Shown: in pieces, positions 1 through 7,240 of the stretch | How positions within the stretch are numbered: the first letter of the stretch is position 1 | Layout: each line of letters begins with the position of its first letter | Assembly (NCBI GenBank): GCA_963782915.1 | Contig: CAWALK010000009.1 | Span: 1 to 21,510, forward strand | Reading direction: 5' to 3' | From: an uncultured archaeon | GTDB lineage: Archaea; Thermoproteota; Bathyarchaeia; Bathyarchaeales; Bathycorpusculaceae | DNA length: 21,510 nucleotides | The notes under the pieces: model-generated | What the model saw: the letters and a program-made list of their open reading frames with translations, nothing else | Databases searched by the model: none | What the model was told of the DNA's origin: nothing | Program-made: the position numbers and the translations under genes

Positions 1-29
1 AGCGAGTTGGTCGAATGCGGATTATTAGC

Positions 30-290
30 CTAAACAAATAAACCCCAAAACAGGTGTTCTGCTTCAAGCACTAAAATTACTTCACAGCACTGATGATAAA
101 CGGTAGATTTCAGCGGTGACTTATTTTCCACTCTTTTTATTGCTTGACAATGTAGGGGCAGTTTTAGTTGTTGTTTTATTAGATTGTAGACGCATAGGTC
201 GCATAGTCTGAGGTTGCATTTTGGGCATTGTTTGAAGCCACCACCTATGGGTTTTCGGCAGACATCACAGGGTCTGGTTAAGTCTACAAA
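30..290 (-). CDS. Small Cys-rich zinc-finger protein (start codon unclear, probably indel-damaged)
   Basis: Manual translation, absent from the ORF track: FVDLTRPCDVCRKPIGGGFKQCPKCNLRLCDLCVYNLIKQQLKLPLHC. It has three CxxC pairs. The frame is open to TAG at 30-32, but the true 3' end may be earlier if frameshifted. Confidence 0.55.
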   Translation of the reverse strand, partial: FVDLTRPCDVCRKPIGGGFKQCPKCNLRLCDLCVYNLIKQQLKLPLHCQAIKRVENKSPLKSTVYHQCCEVILVLEAEHLFWGLFV

Positions 291-437
291 GTGCAGAGCT
301 GATTTACTCTGTTTATTGTTAAAGAATTAGCTGCTAAAACAACGGTTTGGTGCCTGGGAAGACCAGTGAAAGCATCGCGTTGCGCCATCTTGATGAGAAT
401 TTAATAACGTTAACTCGATTACTGTAAAGAGGGCAAG

Positions 438-1076
438 ATGGTAAATATGCGCCTCTTTCGGAATATTTGGCGGCATCGGGTTCAGAATCGGTTACTCTGA
501 CATTTAAGGAAATAGAAGCTATTTTGGGGTTCCCATTGCCTAAATCAGCGAGTTATAGGGCTTTTTGGGAAAACTCAGTTCATGTTCAAAGCCAAGCATG
601 GCTATCTGCAGGATACATATTAAGGTCAAGCTTGCTAAGTCAATAATTATTTTCCAAAAAACAGATTTAGCCCCGCAGACAGAGTGGAAAAGATACGTCC
701 AAATCATTTGAAGACCTTGCCAGAGAAGCCATGAGCGCATACTAATGGTGTACCGCTTAGGCACCGTAAGAGGGAGGGGTGGGCTAAACTGTTTGATTTG
801 GTTTCTGAGGATTATCGGATTGTGGGTGATTTAGTTTGCTTGACTATGGGTGGGGCGTCTAAGCTGCCGCCGGCTCGGGCGTCGATTGTTTCTGAGCTTG
901 TTTGGATGCTTGAAAAAACAGGGGCACCCAAAGTGTTTGTTGTGTTCGGCAAGGACAGACGGGTTCCCCAGGAGTGGTTAAGGCGATACGGCAATCTTGC
1001 AGGTGCAGTAAATTTTTATTTTCTTTCAGATAACGGTGAAATTGAACATACTGAAATAAAACGCACGCTCCATTGA
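438..1076 (+). CDS. DUF7662-like N-terminal domain fused to a putative PD-(D/E)XK-like nuclease domain; frameshifted
   Basis: ATG at 438 follows GAGGG. Joining frames gives (M)GKYAPLSEYLAASGSESVTLTFKEIEAILGFPLPKSASYRAFWENSVHVQSQAWLSAGY, then SFEDLAREAMSAY..GVPL..KLFDLVSEDYRIVGD, continuing into track ORF 798..1076. Confidence 0.6.
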
Positions 1077-1078
1077 AG

Positions 1079-1172
1079 GTTCGAATCGGGTGTTGGAGGA
1101 GGAAATAACCGTTGGAGCGATTTAGCGAGGGCTTTGCGTAAGGTGGATCGGGAAGCTTTGGCGAGATGAATA
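1079..1172 (+). pseudogene. Fragment of a PolB2-associated small helical protein, paralog of 5278..5557
   Basis: Joined frames read LEEEI(N)RWSDLARALRKVDREA(F)GEM, which aligns to IEDEIARWK.FRNALPSDGEKQAFDEM of 5278..5557. Confidence 0.5.
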
Positions 1173-1635
1173 ACATATGGGAAAACCGTGGGAAGGATTA
1201 TAACTTCTAAAAGCAATTACAGTTAACGTAGAGTAAACAAGATGTTTACACGAACACCTTTCATTTTTCAATGCGAAAGCATATGTCACTTATTTGTCGT
1301 TGCACAAACAAGAAACGACTTTTTGTCAATTGCTAAAAAAACTTGCTTCTCTGTAAGATATGAGGGTGACGAACACCTAAATTCTCTACACATCTATTTT
1401 AGCTCACGCGATATAAAACAAGCTCATACAGCATTCGGTTCTTCTAATAAGACTCAATACAAACTTTAATGTGACGCTTGACGCTACTGGAGTAACGTTA
1501 ACAAAACCTCGCAAAGGTAAATATCCTCGCTGTAGGCTTTGATGCTCTTGAAGTAAGCTATGGCTTATAGTGGGAACTAAATTTTGCTTCCTTGTTAAGG
1601 AAAGGGGCAGTTAACCCCATGTCACCATTCTTTTT

Positions 1636-1897
1636 TTAAATCTTCTCGTCATGAAAAATTGCCCAAATGTATTCAGATCCTTTTAGAGTTTCGAGATAAC
1701 GCTTGGACTTTTAATCGGGACATACTCATAGGCTTTGGTAAAATCCGCCTTTCAAAATTTTTATTTTAAGTTCCAATTGGAAACAAATCGGTGCCATTTA
1801 TTTCATAGGTGAAAGGTAAATTAGAGGCTGTTTTGAATTCCTCGTTTTCACATGCTATTATTCTTTTCCATATTTCTGCAAACGAAGGCTTTAGCAT
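1636..1897 (-). CDS. Conserved small hypothetical protein (~85 aa); interrupted
   Basis: Missed by the ORF track. GGTGG RBS, then MLKPSFAEIWKRIIACENEEFKTASNLPFTYEINGTDLFPIGT / DFTKAYEYVPIKSPSVISKL / KGSEYIWAIFHDEKI*. This matches a recurring F..IW.RI....GE.F.T....FTY...G.SY.WAI.HD.RI family pattern. Confidence 0.6.
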
Positions 1898-1958
1898 ATT
1901 CCCACCGATTATGTGCGCTCTATTCTAATTCTCGTGAATTTATCCCTCTGTTGTTCAG

Positions 1959-2192
1959 CTAAAGTATTTGGTCTAACCTGCATTCGTTTGGTTTCTTGTC
2001 AAACCTTATTCTGTGAAAACGGGGAAAGCGCAGTTTGTAGCTGCCGAGCACTGACTGATAGAGCACTTCGCAGACAATCAGTGGTTTTACCCATGTTGCG
2101 CCCCCATCTCGTCGGATTGTTATTTCCTTGAAAAATTCAATTAAGACCCTGCATGTTTCTCGCGTGAAGCCATACTCGGCGCTTGCCTCCAA
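1959..2192 (-). pseudogene. ATP-dependent DNA ligase C-terminal OB-fold fragment
   Basis: GFT...WVKPLIVCEVLYQ...KLRFPRFHRIRFDKKPNECRLDQI matches ligase motif VI and the OB domain. There is no adenylation domain upstream, and the divergent Lrp-domain gene begins at 2279. Confidence 0.75.
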
Positions 2193-2278
2193 GTTATGGG
2201 TTGTAGTATCAATTATGTAACAACACAGGCTTCACTGAGGATTTTAGCGCTTAGTGCGGAATAACGAGGTTTGAAAAA

Positions 2279-2530
2279 ATGGTATCTGCAGTTGTATTGG
2301 TAAACACCGATTTGAATGCCCAAGATGATGTCTTGGAAAATCTAAAACAAGTTGATGGTGTAGCAGAAGCGCATGCCCTATATGGAGTCTATGACTGTTT
2401 AGTAAAAATCAAAGCGGAATCTGTTGATGAAATTAGAAATATAACTAAATCACGGATTAAGAAAGTAGCTGGGGTAACTAAGTCTTTGACGCTTACGATT
2501 GATGACCACACGGATGGCAGGCGCTGGTAA
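2279..2530 (+). CDS. Stand-alone Lrp/AsnC ligand-binding (RAM) domain protein
   Basis: AVVLVN...V.EAHALYGVYD.LVKIKAESVDEI...I.KVAGV.KSLTL; 83 aa, no HTH; GAGGT RBS upstream. Confidence 0.9.
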   Translation: MVSAVVLVNTDLNAQDDVLENLKQVDGVAEAHALYGVYDCLVKIKAESVDEIRNITKSRIKKVAGVTKSLTLTIDDHTDGRRW

Positions 2531-2582
2531 CTTCAAACTTTCGATTCCTAAATTCATACTTTAGTTAGAGGCGACTAGGTAA

Positions 2583-3017
2583 ATGGGCGAAAAATTCGAA
2601 ACAACAATGGGTTACAAGCCCCAAGAGAGTGGTTTTGAGGCTCAAAAGAAGTTAGTTGAGGAACTCAAAGGTGAGTGGAAACTCATGTGGAGTGAGCGGT
2701 TCAACGATAAGGTTAAAGCTGAAGGCGTGTCAGTTGCGAATTATGCTTCGTTACGTGTGGAGCAAGGTACGGTTATTCATGCCACTAGAGATTTTAAGGC
2801 TCTAAATTTTAAGGAGATACTGGAGCAGCATAGGGTTGAGCAACCGGAATGTTTTATCCAACCAGACTCCTGAAGTGGGCGGTTGGAATAAGTTCATAAA
2901 AACAAAAATCACTAACCCCGCACAAAAGAGCAAGCGTACTGTTTGTGATACTAAGGTGAAGAGAGTGCTGGACAACAGCCTAAAAAGAATGGACGTGGTT
3001 GGCTCCACACTCCTTGA
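2583..3017 (+). CDS. Conserved hypothetical protein; frameshifted (joins track ORFs 2583..2873 and 2836..3051)
   Basis: Continuous protein-like reading across shifts near 2865 and ~2950: ...FIQP/PEVGGWNKFIKTKIT.../QQPKKNGRGWLHTP* (TGA at 3015-3017). Confidence 0.6.
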
Positions 3018-3277
3018 CTTTTCAAGGAAAAAATGTTGTGTTACCGTTTGATAACAGTCACATTGGTATTAATAGGTTAGAATCTTATCGGTAAGTCTAT
3101 TTGGAGTTGATTTTTTGGGTTTTAGTAAAAAATTTAAGTGGCGTCTTACCAGGATAGCGATGATTTTATTGGCTGGTCCGAAAAGAAAGAAAGGGACAGG
3201 CGGGTTGCCAAGCGGTTAAAGCGGTACCAATTTGATGTTTAGTTTGACTTTATTATACGTCATTAAAAATATTCAAG

Positions 3278-3370
3278 TTAGCTAAGTTCTATTTGGTCAA
3301 GTTTGCATTCCTTTGGTGGTTTGTCTACTTTTAGGGTGTAAAATCTTGGAGCTCTTAATTTTAAGTCCAT
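3278..3370 (-). pseudogene. Second ATP-dependent DNA ligase C-terminal remnant
   Basis: Manual translation MDLKLRAPRFYTLKVDKPPKECKLDQIELS* aligns to YKLRFPRFHRIRFDKKPNECRLDQIL of 1959..2192. Confidence 0.65.
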
Positions 3371-3473
3371 GAGCTGACCTTTTAGAACTTTATCATGAGA
3401 TGTGCTTTGTTGTTGTCTGGTTACTCCAACAAATCGTTAAAAATAATTTTAGAAATGAGTAGTTTCAGGTGTT

Positions 3474-3662
3474 ATGATGGAAACCGTTTCTCAAGACTTA
3501 TTTGAACTTAAACTTGAAGTTTTAGACAGTCGAGAGTACATGCCAAGAATCCATGAAGTTAACTTGCCCTGCCAATGGCTTGAGCATTGCCATGACGGAA
3601 AATGCCCAGCGTTTAAGCGGATAAACGGCAACTTTTACTGCGCAAGAAAAAACAGCCACTAA
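3474..3662 (+). CDS. Small Cys/His-rich hypothetical protein
   Basis: AGGTG RBS; 62 aa with C-x5-C-x4-C-x11-C in the C-terminal half. Confidence 0.55.
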   Translation: MMETVSQDLFELKLEVLDSREYMPRIHEVNLPCQWLEHCHDGKCPAFKRINGNFYCARKNSH

Positions 3663-3790
3663 ATTAACGGATGAAAGCCGAGTTTGCTTGTTGGGAGTAA
3701 GACTGTTTAGTTCGCCACCGAAATGCGCCAGATAGAAAAAATGAAGGACTTTAAATCTTCCAAAAATTAAGTAATATATAGAGGATTTTT

Positions 3791-4207
3791 GTGAGTACCA
3801 AAGAGGAATTCCCTTCTACCGTCGAATACGAGAAAGATATGCAGGCAAGGGGTAAAGAGAAGTATACACTGCGTTTGTATGTTTCAGGTATGAGTTCTAA
3901 ATCTATTAGAGCCATTGAGAATATAAAAAATATCTGCAAAGAATGTCTTGAAGGACGATATGAGCTTGAAGTTATCGACATTCGTCAGAACCCCAAAATC
4001 GCCAGCATACAAAATATATTCGCTTCACCAACCCTCATAAGGGAGCTGCCTCCGCCGCTAAGAGGGATAATCGGCGACATGGTAAACAAACAGCAGGTCC
4101 TTGTTGGACTCGATCTAATTCCAAATAAAACAAAGAATACGAGTCTTCGAAATCCCAATAAAAAATGCTATCGTTTAGGCGAATACTTGATAACTCTACT
4201 TGCATAA
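3791..4207 (+). CDS. kaiB: KaiB-family protein
   Basis: YTLRLYVSG...S.RAIENI..IC...LEGRYELEVIDI.QNP..A...NIFASPTLIRELPPPLR.IIGD....QVLVGLDL; GAGGA RBS. The tail after LDL may be an indel artefact. Confidence 0.93.
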   Translation: MSTKEEFPSTVEYEKDMQARGKEKYTLRLYVSGMSSKSIRAIENIKNICKECLEGRYELEVIDIRQNPKIASIQNIFASPTLIRELPPPLRGIIGDMVNKQQVLVGLDLIPNKTKNTSLRNPNKKCYRLGEYLITLLA

Positions 4208-4298
4208 AAAAATAGCCATTGAGTGTACTGCATTATGCAACCCCAAACACTTACGAACATTTAGAGTCCTAACCATTTTGGTGTAGAATAGCAAAACC

Positions 4299-4550
4299 TT
4301 ACGATGACCTAATTGGTCTATAGATAATTGCCGTATCACTAACTTCTCTTAACTCTAAACCATACTTACGAAGGATGCTTTCAATACAATTTTTGTCGAG
4401 TTCATTAATTTTTGTTTTTATGTGAAGTTGGTAACCCTCAGCTATGACTCCATCCGCGTCAGGCGGCATTAAAGCGACCCATGACTCATCTATTGTCTCA
4501 CAGGCTTCATAAATCTCCTTTAAAACTTGTACAGCTTCTTTTCTATCCAA
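4299..4550 (-). CDS. Conserved small hypothetical protein
   Basis: GGTG RBS and TTG start; 83 aa, globular composition (MDRKEAVQVLKEI...GYQLHIK...IIYRP). Confidence 0.7.
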   Translation of the reverse strand: MDRKEAVQVLKEIYEACETIDESWVALMPPDADGVIAEGYQLHIKTKINELDKNCIESILRKYGLELREVSDTAIIYRPIRSS

Positions 4551-4727
4551 AAAAGCACCACTTGCACACTAGTGAACAGAGCAATTGAATCTAAAAACCT
4601 TGTGATTGGCTAAGTAACCAATTTTTTTAATTATTAATTTTCAAAAGATATCCAAGTAAGGGCTTTTAGCCCTGTCAATGCATGAACGCTAAGGCGCCAT
4701 ATGCGATATATATTATCAAAATAATGG

Positions 4728-4822
4728 TTGGGTTGGAAGAGAGAGAAAGTTGGCCTAAGCGTAGGCAAAAGGATCAGGAAGAGAGAGGGGAAAGCACCTG
4801 CGTCTAAGCCAACTTTTCACTT
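4728..4822 (-). ncRNA. Candidate hairpin small RNA, unit 1
   Basis: Stem spanning 4746-4816 with a loop containing CCCUCUCUCUUC. Minus-strand TATA-like CTTTATTTAT at 4856-4847; pyrimidine-rich 3' tail; no ORF. Confidence 0.5.
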
Positions 4823-4889
4823 AATACATTATGTCCGCCTTGAATGATAAATAAAGATGTGACTGCAATAGCACTGCAACAATGTGGTT

Positions 4890-5015
4890 CAAGGGGAAAA
4901 GTGGGGGTTGGGTCGGCTTAGCCGTGTGCTAACATCGATAAGGCAGAAGAGAGAGGGCACATACATGCTTATTTCTTGTTAGCTGCCAAACCGCCCAACT
5001 CTGGGTGTGCTCTTG
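4890..5015 (-). ncRNA. Candidate hairpin small RNA, unit 2
   Basis: Long interrupted stem 4905-5001 with the same loop motif (4957-4946). Minus-strand TATA-like CTTATATT at 5045-5038; tail CACUUUUCCCCUU. Confidence 0.5.
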
Positions 5016-5277
5016 TCAGCAAGTTACCCTTTGATTGAATATAAGACTAGGTTGTCACGGCGTGTAGCAACAATCACTGAAAAGCTACAAACTTTTTCGC
5101 ATCCCATATTTGCGTTGAATTCAATTAGACTCTAAAATTTTCAGTTTCACCTTTACTCTCCACTAATACGTATAGTCGTTTTGAATGCGTTTTAAATGCA
5201 AATTTCCTCTGAATGCTTGAGTTCCAAGGTGATAGTCTAATGATAACGAGTTCAGATTGTTTGGAGGCTTAGCAAGC

Positions 5278-5557
5278 ATGGGTAAGACTGTTCCATCTTA
5301 TCGTATAGCTATTGAAGATGAAATTGCCCGCTGGAAAAGCTTTCCGAAATGCTCTGCCGAGTGATGGGGAGAAGCAGGCTTTTGATGAGATGATGGATAT
5401 GTGCCGTACTAATGCGTTGGCTGGGGGTAACGCTTGTAAGCCGATTCTCTTTGAGCCAATGGCAATGAGCATCCTATTAGGACAGCAAAAGAGAATCCGA
5501 CAATTAGAACTTCAGATCAAAGAAATTAAAGCAAAAGATCAGGAGAATAGGCAGTGA
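5278..5557 (+). CDS. PolB2-associated small alpha-helical protein (arCOG07300-like); one frameshift
   Basis: GGAGG RBS; MGKTVPSYRIAIEDEIARWK / FRNALPSDGEKQAFDEMMDMCR..A.A...A..P..FEPM.MSILL.QQKRI..LE, with the shift near 5335-5345. Confidence 0.75.
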
Positions 5558-5815
5558 TAAAAGCCGAATTAAGAGACAGGCCTCTTTGAGGCAAACATCA
5601 CTGATATAGAGGACATTAAAGCGATTGCCCAAGGTATTAAGCTCTCCAAGATAAAACCGCTTGTAACCGGAGCCAATGTAGTCAATCTGCTTGGAAAATT
5701 GCAGCAACATGGAATCCTACGCGTCAGCTACAACCCAACACTCGACAAAGAACCATCAATCCAGCTAACAGAAAGGGCAAGCAACTAGCCATCGCATTAT
5801 TATTCTCCTCTTAGC
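5554..5815 (+). CDS. Putative winged-helix protein; frameshifted
   Basis: GTGA overlap with the upstream stop. Reads ...LSKIKPLVTGANVVNLLGKLQQHGILRVSYNPTLDKEPSIQLTE/GKQLA, a MarR-like wing pattern. Confidence 0.4.
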
Positions 5816-6361
5816 AAAGTTTGATATAAAAACACGAATCTAACCGCCTGAAGTTTTACGGAACAACCGATAATAACCTATCGCGGAGTCGAACTAAAAC
5901 CGTTTTTGAGGCAGTAAAGGAACAAAAACAAACAAGCATCAGTTGGGTTAATGGGTGATTTCAAAGTTGAAAATGTCGCGGGTACCTATTTCTTGTTTGT
6001 GAACGCATTATTCCCTATTGTTATGCAGTTTCACATTCAGATTCTGTTTCTAACTATTCTGTTTCTGACTATACAAAAATTGCAAATAAAATAATAATAT
6101 TAAACAAATTTACTGCAGAATTGTTGTACTAATTGATTTCTAAAGGCGCTTTCAGTTAATCTTTTATTGGCAATCTCATACAACGGATGCAGAGTAGGGG
6201 TGTACTCCATGGAGGGGTGGGGACAAATCTGGGGGATAGCTATAGCCGTCTTGGTTGTGTGCATTTTGCTATCCTACCCCATAGTTCTGGAAACAGCCGC
6301 TCACACGTCAAATCTTAATTTCAGATATTCTCCTCCATTGGATCAGTTAATTTCAAGATTT

Positions 6362-6841
6362 ATGCCAATTCTGTTCTTAATGGCGGCAAGGACAAATTCT
6401 GCAAATCATCCTCAACCACATGAAAGCAGTATAAATAAAAAAGTAAAAGCCAACTCAGTCAAGCTTTCTGTTTTTAAAGGCATAGAAGCAAAACTAAATC
6501 GTGCTATACTGCTAACTCTTTTCCAAGATAGTCCCTTGGTTGTTTATGATATAACAAAACAAGTTAAACAACAAAAGGGGTTCAAACACACTAAATATAC
6601 AAATGTCAACCGAAGAGTGCGAGCACTGATGCAGCAGGACTACTTAGAGACTGCCGGCAGCAGAGGAACCCAAGCAGGTTCTCAGGCTACGCTTTATCAA
6701 CCAACTATCAGAGCTAAAGCCGCCTTCTATACAAAAGCAGTTAATCCAGACCAGTTTATCAAGCAAGCATCGGACCAAACATTAACCACAGCATTAGCTG
6801 CCTTAGTACTTTTCATTGAGGATACACGCTCAGAAAATTAG
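6362..6841 (+). CDS. Winged-helix DNA-binding protein next to the integrase
   Basis: C-terminal part of track ORF 6167..6841: KLSVFKG.EAKLNRAIL..L...SPL.VYDI.K.V.....TKYTNVNRRVRAL....YLE..G.R.T.AG....LY..T. The true start is probably ATG 6362 or 6380. Confidence 0.7.
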   Translation: MPILFLMAARTNSANHPQPHESSINKKVKANSVKLSVFKGIEAKLNRAILLTLFQDSPLVVYDITKQVKQQKGFKHTKYTNVNRRVRALMQQDYLETAGSRGTQAGSQATLYQPTIRAKAAFYTKAVNPDQFIKQASDQTLTTALAALVLFIEDTRSEN

Positions 6842-7240
6842 CAAACGATATGTCCGTTTTGACAGAGATGACTTTGGTTGAGCCAGCAAAGTATAGTATA
6901 CTTTGGTGAGTACAGAATTTTCTTAACCCCAGCTGCCCATGTAAAAGTCTATGGTGAAACTGTTGGATGCCAAAAAAGTGGCCGTTCAGGAAATCATCGC
7001 TGATTTAGGGGCCGTTGAAACAATGTTAACGCTGTACTTAGTGACCATGAACAAAGGTTGCAGTTGACTTGAAGGCTTGAACCTGAAAATTGAGCTTGAA
7101 CTGCTACGGTCAAGAATTATACTGATTTCTGACCAAAAAAGCAGACAAGAGCACTGCAGGCATTTTCCAAGCTATGCGATGCACTTGCAATTTCTGATTT
7201 GGAATCTACCCAGTCATAGTACGGGTGCAGGGGGGAGGGA

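Noticed and set aside
1-106. Possible 3' end of a winged-helix gene (SELVECGLL.../...LLQALKLL)
   Set aside because: Too short, needs a frameshift, and is cut off by the window edge.
1078-1087. GGTTCGAATC, resembling a tRNA T-loop or att remnant
   Set aside because: No pairing T-stem or acceptor stem; the region is better explained as a protein-coding remnant.
3199-3228. GGCGGGTTGCCAAGCGGTTAAAGCGG, resembling a tRNA 5' half and D-arm
   Set aside because: No anticodon arm, T-arm or 3' acceptor strand follows.
5140-5210. ANTTTC hexamers (Sulfolobus damage-response element) upstream of the PolB2-associated gene
   Set aside because: The motif is too short and frequent in AT-rich DNA to be significant.
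6167-6361. Hydrophobic N-terminal extension of track ORF 6167..6841 suggesting a membrane-anchored regulator
   Set aside because: The wHTH similarity starts later and closer ATGs exist. The extension is probably upstream read-through, though it cannot be fully excluded.
6951-7150. Small reading MVKLLDAKKVAVQEIIADL... between the wHTH gene and the integrase
   Set aside because: Interrupted by a stop after 38 codons and has no recognisable motif; not supportable as a feature.
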